Source of the DNA: Chlorobiota bacterium
Lineage (GTDB): Bacteria; Bacteroidota; Bacteroidia; Bacteroidales; F082
Direction of reading: 5' to 3'
DNA length: 64,000 bases
NCBI GenBank assembly: GCA_030618545.1
Contig: JAUXDH010000001.1
Coordinates: 3,247-67,246 of the forward strand
Shown: piece after piece, positions 17,025 to 26,444 of the stretch
Layout of the letters: each line of letters begins with the position of its first letter
How positions within the stretch are numbered: the first letter of the stretch is position 1
Position numbers and translations under genes: made by a program
The notes under the pieces: model-generated
What the model saw: only the letters and a program-made list of their open reading frames with translations
Databases searched by the model: none
Told to the model about the DNA's origin: nothing

Positions 17025-19484
17025 CTATAGTTTATTGAATAGTCGTTTGGTGAAGGATTTTTTCTTTTCGGGTTTGTCGTCGGTATAATAACCGTAACCA
17101 TAGCCATAGCCATAGCCGTAACCATAACCATAGCCATAACCGTAACCGTAGCCATAACCACCGCCCATTTTGATATCATTTACCACTATGCTGAATTTCA
17201 TTCCACGTTCCTCGATATCTTTAATAATGGAGGCAAATACTTTTTTGTGGGTGAAGTTCTGACGTACAAGGAAAATATTTACATCGGAATAATCCATCAA
17301 AAGATAAGCATCTGTTACGAGACCAACAGGCGGGGTATCAATAACGATATATTCATACCTTTCTTTAAGCTCTTTAAAGAGTAGTGCTGCCTGATCGGAA
17401 GCGATAAGCTCTGCAGGGTTTGGTGGTACAGGACCTGAAAGGATGATATCGAGGTGTTCAATCTTTCCGGATGGCTGAATAATCTCATCCATGGTCGCTT
17501 TCTTAATAAGGTAGGAGGTAAGTCCCGCTTTGTTGGAAAGGCCAAACTCCTGGTAAATCTTGGGTTTCCTAAGGTCAAATCCAAGAAGAACCGTTTTTCT
17601 GCCATACTGAGCATAGATGCTTGCAAGGTTAATGGCTACGAAAGTTTTACCTACACTAACCATGTCTGCCGTAATCATGATCGTCACCTTTTTCTGACCT
17701 TTTGACAAATACTGAATATTTGTTCTTAAAGACCTGAATGATTCCGATACACTCGATTTTGGTGACTCAGCAACAACGAGTTCAGTTTTCTTGCCCGAAT
17801 GGATGATTTGTCCAATAATGGGTAGATTGGTCAGGTTTTCAATATCTTTTCGTTCCTGGATCTGGTCGTTGAAATATTCCTTACCAAGAACGTACAGCGT
17901 TGGAAATGCAAGGCCAAGAACCAATGCAATCAGGTAATTCAGAGATTTTTTAGGAAATACCTGACTAGACAATTCCATTCGTGCAACATCAAGCACCTCA
18001 TTATCGGGAACATTGGAGGCCCTTGTAATTTGTGCCTCGGTTCTTTTTTGTAACAACATCGTATAAATGTTGTCGGCAAGTGTAAACCTTCTTTCATAAT
18101 TGATCAGCTCACGCTGGGTAACCGGAAGCTTGGCCACCTGGGCGTTGGCTTCACGAATACGTCTATTAATTTCTCTTATAGCCTGATCGCTATTATAAAT
18201 AATGTTGTTTACATTTTCAAGAATAGCCTTCTGGGTATTGCGGATATGGTTGTTAATCCCAATGACGGTAGGACTTTTTTCAGTAGAATATAAAAGCTGT
18301 TCTGCTTTTACATTATAAAGGCTGATCAATTCTGCTACCAACTGGTTCAAAACCGGATCCTCGATACCCATGGCAGAAGGAGCTACCAGTTCATCCAGGT
18401 TGTCAGAATTCTTTTCGATATAGGCCTTGATATTTTTGTAATAATTAGCCTTTACCTGCAATTCCGCTTTTTGTTGGTCAAGATCAGCCAGGAAAGTAAA
18501 AACCTGCTGAGATTGAAAGTCCATATTCATCACCTCTCTCTGGGCTCTGTATTGCTGTAAGTCAGTTTCTGCAATGGCAAGGGTATCATCTATTCTGTTA
18601 AGCTGTTCATCAATAAATTTAATTGTGCTTTCAGCAACCTGGTTTTTCTTTTCCAGGCTTTGCAAAAGGTAGATACTGGTAAGCATATTCAGAAAGTTTA
18701 CAGCTTTACCAGCATGGTTTCCCCTTAAAGAAGCTTTGACAACTGTTGACTCCCTTGATATTGGTTCGAGATCGACGCCAAGATGTCTGCCGGTAAGCGT
18801 CAGGTAATCATTGAATACGAAATGGTATGTATTATCAATATCCTCTTCCGGATCAAATCGACTATTTAAAACGACCTGAAAGGTATTGTAAGGATTCTCA
18901 ACAAGGTCACCAAAACGATAATTCTTGCTCCAGACTACTTTATCAAACTTACCTTTAACAGGTTCGGCTTTGGAAAAGTCGTACTTGCCGATTTTCTCGC
19001 CTTCAGCCTCGAGGATGAATTCATTTTTATTAATGAAGGTAAGGTAATAGGTTAACCCGACAGCTTGGGGAATAGCCGTATCAAAAACAATTTTAAAAGG
19101 TGACTCATGATATTGTTCGGTACTGATTAATCCCTCATCCTTGAAATAGGAGATTTCAAAATCAAGATTTTTAATAGCTCGTTCTGTTAATGAAAAAGCA
19201 GTGAATTTACCTATTTCGTTTTCTACATTATCGATGGTTTGCATTACTCCAAGACCTATCATCGCCCCAGGATCGGGAATGTTAGCCTTGCCGCTTTCCA
19301 CAAGAATAGTAGTTGATACTTCGTAAACAGGTGCTGTATATTTATTGAACAGGAAAGCGACCGATATAGCCACAAAAATGGTCAGAGCAAACAGGTACCA
19401 GTACCTGGCCAGTTTCATAAAGATCGCCTTTATGTCTATGCTCTCTTCTTGTGGTCGTATCCCATCAATGTTTTCTATCGCCAT
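17025..19484 (-). CDS. wzc: Polysaccharide co-polymerase / BY-type tyrosine autokinase
   Basis: 819 aa. Wzz-like N-terminal half with a TM segment and coiled coil. Walker A SVGKTF, Walker A' LLGFDLRKP, Walker B IVIDTPP. C-terminal Tyr cluster. Confidence 0.9.
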   Translation of the reverse strand: MAIENIDGIRPQEESIDIKAIFMKLARYWYLFALTIFVAISVAFLFNKYTAPVYEVSTTILVESGKANIPDPGAMIGLGVMQTIDNVENEIGKFTAFSLTERAIKNLDFEISYFKDEGLISTEQYHESPFKIVFDTAIPQAVGLTYYLTFINKNEFILEAEGEKIGKYDFSKAEPVKGKFDKVVWSKNYRFGDLVENPYNTFQVVLNSRFDPEEDIDNTYHFVFNDYLTLTGRHLGVDLEPISRESTVVKASLRGNHAGKAVNFLNMLTSIYLLQSLEKKNQVAESTIKFIDEQLNRIDDTLAIAETDLQQYRAQREVMNMDFQSQQVFTFLADLDQQKAELQVKANYYKNIKAYIEKNSDNLDELVAPSAMGIEDPVLNQLVAELISLYNVKAEQLLYSTEKSPTVIGINNHIRNTQKAILENVNNIIYNSDQAIREINRRIREANAQVAKLPVTQRELINYERRFTLADNIYTMLLQKRTEAQITRASNVPDNEVLDVARMELSSQVFPKKSLNYLIALVLGLAFPTLYVLGKEYFNDQIQERKDIENLTNLPIIGQIIHSGKKTELVVAESPKSSVSESFRSLRTNIQYLSKGQKKVTIMITADMVSVGKTFVAINLASIYAQYGRKTVLLGFDLRKPKIYQEFGLSNKAGLTSYLIKKATMDEIIQPSGKIEHLDIILSGPVPPNPAELIASDQAALLFKELKERYEYIVIDTPPVGLVTDAYLLMDYSDVNIFLVRQNFTHKKVFASIIKDIEERGMKFSIVVNDIKMGGGYGYGYGYGYGYGYGYGYGYGYGYYTDDKPEKKKSFTKRLFNKL
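17085..17159 (-). repeat. Coding dipeptide repeat (GY)12Y forming the autokinase Tyr tail
   Basis: Plus-strand triplets ata/gta (Tyr) alternate with acc/gcc (Gly) for 75 nt. This is in frame with the wzc ORF and reads MGG(GY)12YTDDK. Confidence 0.95.
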
Positions 19485-19495
19485 TTATTTTTTGT

Positions 19496-20308
19496 TTAAT
19501 TGGTTTCAAAGTAATTAAGTAAAAGGATAGTTGTAGTAATAAAACCAAATACAATGCCGTAAGGGAAATTAGCAAATGAAAACTGTTTTCCTCTTACGGG
19601 ATACACGTAAATAACATCATTTGGTTTGAGGTAATAATATTCAGAAGCAAGAATGCTTCTGCTGGTCATATTGACCATTTGGACGGTAGAACCGGTTTTG
19701 GTCTGCCGGATGAGTGCCACCCTGTGGGCATTAGCAAAATCAGTCATATCGCCGGCCAGCGATATGGCCTCAAACAAGTTAATATTGGAACGATAAATCT
19801 TGTATCCTCCGGGTCTATTAACTTCCCCCAGTAGGGTCAGGTTAAAGTTCACCAGTTTAACAATAACAACAAGCTCCTTGAGGTATTCTTTTAACCGCTC
19901 ATTGATGACGTCCCGGACCTCGTCAGTATTCATATTTCTAACAAAGATTTCACCAAGCATGGGAAAATCCAGGTAGCCGGCTTCGCTTATTTCATAACTC
20001 TGCAGGTAAATAGATGCATCGTTTCCTAAGGTGGTGCTCCCACCACCACCAACTCTTCCTGAGCCAGTAAGCGGATTCAACAATACATTGGTCTTTTCAT
20101 CCAGGGTTACAACCCTAATGTATAAATTATCCCCTGGCTGAATCCGGTAATCAATCTTTCGCTCATTAACGAAATTCTTAACAGTATCAGCAGATTCTTG
20201 TACCTGCAGATAAGTAGTTTTCTTAAGAGGAACACAAGATGAGGTAACGATGGCAAGAATGCTAAGCCAGAGCAGTACCCTGGGTATGGAGTTTAAGGCC
20301 TTTTTCAT
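19496..20308 (-). CDS. wza: Polysaccharide export outer-membrane protein (Wza-like, Poly_export + SLBB)
   Basis: 270 aa. Lipoprotein-like signal (VTSSC), the YRIQPGDNLYIRV Poly_export motif and SLBB-like repeats. Confidence 0.88.
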   Translation of the reverse strand: MKKALNSIPRVLLWLSILAIVTSSCVPLKKTTYLQVQESADTVKNFVNERKIDYRIQPGDNLYIRVVTLDEKTNVLLNPLTGSGRVGGGGSTTLGNDASIYLQSYEISEAGYLDFPMLGEIFVRNMNTDEVRDVINERLKEYLKELVVIVKLVNFNLTLLGEVNRPGGYKIYRSNINLFEAISLAGDMTDFANAHRVALIRQTKTGSTVQMVNMTSRSILASEYYYLKPNDVIYVYPVRGKQFSFANFPYGIVFGFITTTILLLNYFETN

Positions 20309-20363
20309 CTAAAATCAGTATGATAATATTCTGTGTTTATCTCAGTCAAATAATAAATTCGCG

Positions 20364-20371
20364 CAAATTTA
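20364..20371 (-). promoter_or_regulatory. -7 box candidate (TAAATTTG on the minus strand) upstream of wza
   Basis: Exact TAnnTTTG match 56 nt upstream of the wza ATG (20308). No clear -33 element. Confidence 0.3.
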
Positions 20372-20580
20372 GACCTTTTTTTTATAACCGGAAATAAATT
20401 ACTCCTCCTTGACGTCTGAAAGCTAATTAAATACAGATAATAAATACATATTGATGTGAGTATTTGATTCTTATAGGTTTAAAGTGATCTCTTTTAAGAT
20501 ATCTTAAACAAATCATATAATGAACTTTCCCAATTCATTTGAACCATGCAAGAAATCTGTACTTTTGGTTACGCACACAA

Positions 20581-22500
20581 ATGAAAATCATGAAACATAT
20601 AATCCTCTTTACTTTAATCCTGTTAACTACAACGGTTGTAAAATCTCAGAATGATGCCAGGCAAAAAGCATATGAGCAGATTCCCAGGGTATATTCAAAC
20701 ATCGTCCCGAATGAAAATGGCGAATTATTTATTGGCAATAGTAAACTTACTCAGAAAGAAACTTTTTATACCCTGAACAACATACGCATTGACCCTGCCG
20801 GTACAGCTACCGGCATTCAATTTAACTTCAACAATGAAAAATTTAGCGGCACTATATATTATGGTCTCTTTTCCGAAGAGCTGCCGGAGTATCCTCAGAC
20901 AGTCTTTTTTGGACGTAGCGCTTCCATTAGGGATGGCATGGCTGAAATAAACATTGCCGAGCTAAAAGGCAAATATGACATCGCCAATTGGCAAGAAAAA
21001 GGAAGTGCCAGACTAGGCTACAGGATCACCAATTCTTTTGGCAGGATTATTTATGATGGAAAAATAAATATTGAAGGAACGGGCCCGTTTACCATCGGGC
21101 TTTCGATAGTTGAAGGCCCTTTCATAAATAATGTGACCCATTCAGATCTAAACATCTCATTTACAACAAACCGGCCAAGCAGTCCTCATATCGAAATAAA
21201 CGGAATTGAATACAGGGCCAATGCACGGATGATGAATCCGATAGGGGATGTGCAACATGAAATTCAGATTACCCGATTGAAACCCGATACCAGATACGAG
21301 TACACTGTTCATTATGGAGAACATAGCGAAAGTCACTATTTCAAAACTGCACCGGAGCCAGGAACCCGTAAACCATTTGTATTCGCCTATACCAGTGATT
21401 CACGAGCCGGAAAAGGTGGCGGTGAGAGAGACATTTATGGCACGAATGCTTATGTAATGAAAAAAATGGCAGCTCTTGCCTTAAAAAAGGGCTCGGCATT
21501 CTTCCAGTTTACAGGAGATATGATCAACGGCTATTCTTCCAACATAGGAGAAACCAACCTTCAATACGCCAACTGGAAAAGAAATATCGAGCCATTCTGG
21601 CATTATATACCATTCAATGTTGGCATGGGAAATCATGAAGCAGTTGTGAATGTATTCGAAGACGACTCAAAATATGGGATACAACTGGACAAATGGCCAT
21701 TTTACAACAATTCAGCGGAAGCTGTTTTCGCTGGTAATTTCGTAAATCCTGTCAATGGACCTGGAAGTGAAGATGGCTCTGATTACGATCCGAATGAAGG
21801 TCAAAAGGATTTTCCATCCTATGATGAGAATGTCTATTATTACACTTATGATAATGTGGCTATGATCGTTCTGAATTCCGATTACTGGTATAATCCCACG
21901 ACCAGCACCATACCTGAAACCGGAGGAAATCCTCATGGTTATGTTATGGACAACCAACTGTTGTGGCTCAAATCTACCGTTGAAATGCTGGACAGGGATT
22001 CAAATATAGACCACATTTTTGTCACCATTCACACCCCTGCTTTTCCCAATGGTGGACATGCCGGTGATGATATGTGGTATGGCGGCAATAACAGTATCAG
22101 GCCTACCGTTTCAGGAAGTCCTTATAAAAAAGGCATTATTGAACGTCGTGATGAATGTCTTGATATTATGATCAACAAGAGCGAAAAAGTATTGGCATTG
22201 TTGTGTGGCGATGAGCACAATTACAGCAGGACAAGGCTTACAAAAGAAACACCAATCTATAATGAGAATTACCGCGGTAAAAGACTCAAAGTATCAAGAC
22301 CTTTCTGGCAAATTACCAATGGCTCAGCAGGGGCGCCTTACTATGGACAGCAAGCTCTTCCCTGGTCTGCATCTGTTGAATTTTTCTCAACCCAATACGC
22401 TCTGATGTTATTTCAGGTTGATGGCAGGCATGTGACTTTAAAAGTTATAAATCCTGATACGCTCGAAGAAATTGAAGAAATCATGCTTACCGACAATTGA
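20581..22500 (+). CDS. Secreted calcineurin-like metallophosphoesterase (purple-acid-phosphatase-like)
   Basis: Motifs GDMINGY, GMGNHE and GDEHNY. I prefer the ATG at 20581 (MKIMKHIILFTLILL signal peptide) over the TTG at 20539 used in the track. Confidence 0.85.
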   Translation: MKIMKHIILFTLILLTTTVVKSQNDARQKAYEQIPRVYSNIVPNENGELFIGNSKLTQKETFYTLNNIRIDPAGTATGIQFNFNNEKFSGTIYYGLFSEELPEYPQTVFFGRSASIRDGMAEINIAELKGKYDIANWQEKGSARLGYRITNSFGRIIYDGKINIEGTGPFTIGLSIVEGPFINNVTHSDLNISFTTNRPSSPHIEINGIEYRANARMMNPIGDVQHEIQITRLKPDTRYEYTVHYGEHSESHYFKTAPEPGTRKPFVFAYTSDSRAGKGGGERDIYGTNAYVMKKMAALALKKGSAFFQFTGDMINGYSSNIGETNLQYANWKRNIEPFWHYIPFNVGMGNHEAVVNVFEDDSKYGIQLDKWPFYNNSAEAVFAGNFVNPVNGPGSEDGSDYDPNEGQKDFPSYDENVYYYTYDNVAMIVLNSDYWYNPTTSTIPETGGNPHGYVMDNQLLWLKSTVEMLDRDSNIDHIFVTIHTPAFPNGGHAGDDMWYGGNNSIRPTVSGSPYKKGIIERRDECLDIMINKSEKVLALLCGDEHNYSRTRLTKETPIYNENYRGKRLKVSRPFWQITNGSAGAPYYGQQALPWSASVEFFSTQYALMLFQVDGRHVTLKVINPDTLEEIEEIMLTDN

Positions 22501-22732
22501 TTCTTTACCTCCATTTTTAAAATGCAAATAGAATTTAATGAAATTCAATATCTTAATCCCGGCTTATCTTTTTTGTGTTTTGGGAGTATATCTGCAAAAG
22601 AACTCCTGAAATAAAAACTTTCTACCATTAATAATTGTTGAATCAAGGTATTACACTACCAAAAATAGGTTGATATTGTATCTGTTAACACGTAGTATTT
22701 TTCAATAAAAATTCGAGTTAATATTATTATTT

Positions 22733-22740
22733 TACTTTTG
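22733..22740 (+). promoter_or_regulatory. -7 box candidate (TACTTTTG) upstream of topA
   Basis: Exact TAnnTTTG match 46 nt before the ATG at 22787. No clear -33 TTTG. Confidence 0.3.
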
Positions 22741-22786
22741 CACCGCTTTTTTTTCAAAATAATTATCAAAGACTAAAAAGGTTAAT

Positions 22787-25111
22787 ATGGCAAAAAATCT
22801 TGTTATTGTGGAGTCACCGGCGAAAGCCAAAACTATTGAAGGTTTCCTGGGAAAGGATTTCGTAGTTCGATCTAGTTTTGGACATGTGATGGATTTGAAT
22901 AAGACAAAACTAAGTGTTGACATCGAGAATGATTTCAAACCTGAGTATGAAATAAGTCCTGACAAAAAGAAAGTAGTTACTGAGCTGAAGAAAATGGCGA
23001 AGGAGGCTGAAACCGTTTGGCTGGCAACTGATGAAGACCGTGAGGGAGAGGCTATTTCCTGGCATTTGTTCAACGCTCTTGGACTTACTGAAGATTCTAC
23101 AAAAAGGATTGTTTTTCATGAGATTACCAAAAATGCAATTACCAATGCAATTGATAATCCCAGGGGAATTGATACGAACCTGGTATCTGCCCAACAGGCA
23201 AGGCGGGTCCTCGACCGCCTGGTGGGCTATGAGCTCTCACCTCTGCTCTGGAAGAAAGTAAAACCAGCACTCTCTGCCGGCCGCGTGCAGTCGGTTGCTG
23301 TAAGACTTATCGTGGAACGTGAAGAAGAAATCAAAGCGTTCGAAAGTGTTTCTTACTTTAGAGTTGTTGCAGAATTTCAACTCACAGAAAGAGAAAACCA
23401 ACAGACTTTCCAGGCAGAATACCCTGTAAGATTTTCAACTTTCGAAGAAGCAAAAGTTTTTCTGGAAAATCATACCGGCGCTGAATTCAAAGTTGCCTCT
23501 GTTGAAAAAAAGCCTGCAAAAAAATCTCCGGCACCACCATTCACTACCTCAACACTTCAGCAGGAAGCTTCCAGGAAACTTGGTTTTCCGGTAGGTAAAA
23601 CCATGCGTGTTGCCCAGCAGTTGTACGAATCAGGTAAAATAACCTATATGCGTACCGATTCTGTCAATCTGTCCAATACGGCACTGGGTATGGCAAAGCA
23701 GGAGATTAGTAAATTGTTTGGAAAGGAATACATCCGGATCAGGAAATTCACAACCAAAACAAAAGGTGCCCAGGAAGCCCATGAAGCCATCAGACCAACC
23801 TATCTGAGCAATCAGTCGGTTGATCGAAGCGATGATGAACAAAGATTGTACAGCCTTATCTGGAAAAGGACCATTGCTTCCCAAATGAGCGAGGCCCAAC
23901 TGGAAAAAACCACTGTTAAGATTGACTCTTCATTTGCTAAAGAACAATTTGTTGCCAATGGTGAGGTTGTAAAATTTGATGGCTTTCTGAAGGTTTATAT
24001 CGAAGGAACAGATGAAGAGAATGGCAATGGAAAAAGTGGAATGCTGCCTGCAATGGAATCCGGAGATCCTCTTTCCCTTAATGTAATGAATGCCCGACAG
24101 CGATTTACCAAACATCCCCCAAGGTATACTGAGGCCAGCCTCGTAAAAAAAATGGAGGAATTGGGAATAGGACGTCCATCAACCTACGCCCCTACCATTT
24201 CGACAATCCAGAAAAGAGAATACATCGTTAAAGAAAGACGGCCTTCTCAGAAGAGAAATGTCCAGATGATCACCCTTCAGGATGGAAATGTCCAGGAAAA
24301 AATGCTTACGGAAAATGGGGCAACCGAAAAAGCAAAACTTTATCCTACAGATATCGGTACAGTGGTAAATCGTTTCCTTGTCGAATACTTCAAAAATATC
24401 CTTGATTACAACTTTACGGCCAATGTTGAAAAGGAGTTCGACGATATTGCCGAAGGCAAAAAACAATGGAACCAGATGATCAAAGAGTTTTACGGTCCGT
24501 TCCACGATAAAATCGAAACCACTCAGGAAACTTCAGGAAAATTTACCGGTGAACGCCTGTTGGGACAGGATCCTGAAACAGGTAAAAATGTCTATTCAAA
24601 AGTTGGACGATTTGGCCCTATAGCTCAAATTGGTGACACCGATTCAGAAGAAAAACCCAGGTTTGCAGGTTTGAGAAACGGACTGAGTTTGGAAACCATT
24701 ACCCTAAAAGAAGCGCTTGGTTTATTTGATTTCCCGAGATCTCTCGGAGAGTATGAAAATGAAGAGGTAACAGTTGCCATCGGCCGATTCGGACCTTATG
24801 TAAAACACAACAAAAAATTTTATTCCATCGGCAAAGAGGATGATCCTTCAGTTATCAACCTGGAGCGAGCCATTGAAATCATTTCCGAGAAAAGGAGTGC
24901 AGATCAGAAAAAGATTATTAAGGAGTTTAAAGAAGACGAAGATGTGCAGGTGCTGAATGGAAGATACGGAGCCTATCTTGTCATCAAAAAACAGAATTAC
25001 AAAATTCCTAAAGAACATGATCCTTCTGAGTTAACATTGGAGGATTGTTATAAAATATCCAGAGATCCAAAAAATATGCCTAAGAAAAGGTATAACCGGA
25101 AAAGGAAATAG
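22787..25111 (+). CDS. topA: DNA topoisomerase I
   Basis: 774 aa. Toprim start LVIVESPAKAKTIEGFLG and the catalytic region with YMRTDS. Confidence 0.97.
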   Translation: MAKNLVIVESPAKAKTIEGFLGKDFVVRSSFGHVMDLNKTKLSVDIENDFKPEYEISPDKKKVVTELKKMAKEAETVWLATDEDREGEAISWHLFNALGLTEDSTKRIVFHEITKNAITNAIDNPRGIDTNLVSAQQARRVLDRLVGYELSPLLWKKVKPALSAGRVQSVAVRLIVEREEEIKAFESVSYFRVVAEFQLTERENQQTFQAEYPVRFSTFEEAKVFLENHTGAEFKVASVEKKPAKKSPAPPFTTSTLQQEASRKLGFPVGKTMRVAQQLYESGKITYMRTDSVNLSNTALGMAKQEISKLFGKEYIRIRKFTTKTKGAQEAHEAIRPTYLSNQSVDRSDDEQRLYSLIWKRTIASQMSEAQLEKTTVKIDSSFAKEQFVANGEVVKFDGFLKVYIEGTDEENGNGKSGMLPAMESGDPLSLNVMNARQRFTKHPPRYTEASLVKKMEELGIGRPSTYAPTISTIQKREYIVKERRPSQKRNVQMITLQDGNVQEKMLTENGATEKAKLYPTDIGTVVNRFLVEYFKNILDYNFTANVEKEFDDIAEGKKQWNQMIKEFYGPFHDKIETTQETSGKFTGERLLGQDPETGKNVYSKVGRFGPIAQIGDTDSEEKPRFAGLRNGLSLETITLKEALGLFDFPRSLGEYENEEVTVAIGRFGPYVKHNKKFYSIGKEDDPSVINLERAIEIISEKRSADQKKIIKEFKEDEDVQVLNGRYGAYLVIKKQNYKIPKEHDPSELTLEDCYKISRDPKNMPKKRYNRKRK

Positions 25112-25156
25112 TATGAATTCCGTATTTTCGCTTCCCGTTCGTTATGCTATCTCTCA

Positions 25157-26332
25157 ATGGATCTGAGCCTATACTTTAGCCCGATAAGTCTTTTTGACTA
25201 CGATACTGAATTACAAACCAACAGGAACAGGATCGCAGGCCTCGCTAATGTTTATTTTGAAAAAAGCGGTTTTCCTGAACTTGATGAAGCAAATATAGCC
25301 TTGTTAGGTGTGAGTGAGGACAGAGGCAGCCTTGAAAACACCGGCTGTGCAGATGGACCTGATCACGTTAGAGGATATTTCTATAATCTCTATTCACATT
25401 GGAATGATCTAAAACTTGTTGACCTGGGAAATATCAGGCAGGGAAATACCATTGATGACACTTATTTTGCAATTAAAGAGGTAGTAGCGCATTTATTGAC
25501 AAGGAATATCCTTCCGATTATCATTGGCGGAAGCCAGGATTTAACTTACGCCAACTACCTTGCCTACGAGAACATTGGAAAGGTGATCAACTTTGCAGCA
25601 GTGGATTCACACTTTGATCTTGGTCACGATGAACATGAACTCACTTCGCGTTCCTATCTCAGCAGGATCATACTTCATCAGCCCAATTACCTGTTTAACT
25701 ACACCAATATTGGTTATCAGAGTTATTATGCAGACCCCGACGCCATAGTGCTGATGAAGAATCTGTTTTTTGATTCCAATCGTTTGGGAATCGTTCGCTT
25801 AAATATGGAAGAAGCAGAACCAATGATCCGCAATGCTGACTTTGTAAGTTTTGATATATCATCCATACGCCATGCCGATGCTCCAGGCACTTTCTATTCA
25901 AACCCAAATGGTTTTTTGGGAGAAGAAGCCTGCCGGATATGCAGGTATGCGGGAATGAGTGATAAGTTGTCAAGTATCGGATTCTATGAATACAATCCCG
26001 GGATTGATATTCAGGGTCAAACGGCAAAACTTATTTCGCAGATGATCTGGTACTTCATTGATGGTTACATGAATCGTACAAACGATCTGCCTGAAGAAGG
26101 AATTGACGATTATATCAGGTTCATGGTGAAAGTTGAAGGCTTTGAAGACCAGCTCGTTTTTCTGAAAAGCAAGAGAACAGAGCGTTGGTGGATGGTGGTG
26201 CAAAGCTCAAACAATATTGGCGAAAAGTACCGGAGGCACCAGTTTGTACCATGCTCATATACCGACTATCAAACAGCGCTTAAGCAGGAAATACCTGACC
26301 GATGGTGGAAGGTTCAGCAGAAGCTGATGTAG
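25157..26332 (+). CDS. Arginase/ureohydrolase-fold protein (formimidoylglutamase-like)
   Basis: 391 aa. IIIGGSQDLTY, AVDSHFDL and SFDISSI resemble ureohydrolase metal-binding blocks. Confidence 0.65.
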   Translation: MDLSLYFSPISLFDYDTELQTNRNRIAGLANVYFEKSGFPELDEANIALLGVSEDRGSLENTGCADGPDHVRGYFYNLYSHWNDLKLVDLGNIRQGNTIDDTYFAIKEVVAHLLTRNILPIIIGGSQDLTYANYLAYENIGKVINFAAVDSHFDLGHDEHELTSRSYLSRIILHQPNYLFNYTNIGYQSYYADPDAIVLMKNLFFDSNRLGIVRLNMEEAEPMIRNADFVSFDISSIRHADAPGTFYSNPNGFLGEEACRICRYAGMSDKLSSIGFYEYNPGIDIQGQTAKLISQMIWYFIDGYMNRTNDLPEEGIDDYIRFMVKVEGFEDQLVFLKSKRTERWWMVVQSSNNIGEKYRRHQFVPCSYTDYQTALKQEIPDRWWKVQQKLM

Positions 26333-26375
26333 GCCCTGCCCCCTATCAATTTTGTTTAAAGAACTTCCAAGCCGT

Positions 26376-26405
26376 TTTGGTTAATCGATTGTATTTTTAG
26401 CTTTG
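26376..26405 (+). promoter_or_regulatory. Candidate Bacteroidota promoter (TTTG-N18-TAGCTTTG) for wecB
   Basis: TTTG at 26376-26379 and TAgcTTTG at 26398-26405 with an 18-nt spacer, 40 nt upstream of the ATG at 26445. Confidence 0.45.
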
Positions 26406-26444
26406 CATTTCTAATTCTTTCCTGATAAGCTAAATACTGTTTTA

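Noticed and set aside
17085-17159. The GY-coding repeat as a slippage-prone microsatellite or phase-variation switch
   Set aside because: The codons are an irregular mix of TAT/TAC and GGT/GGC, so there is no long perfect nucleotide repeat. Any change by one 6-nt unit would also stay in frame.
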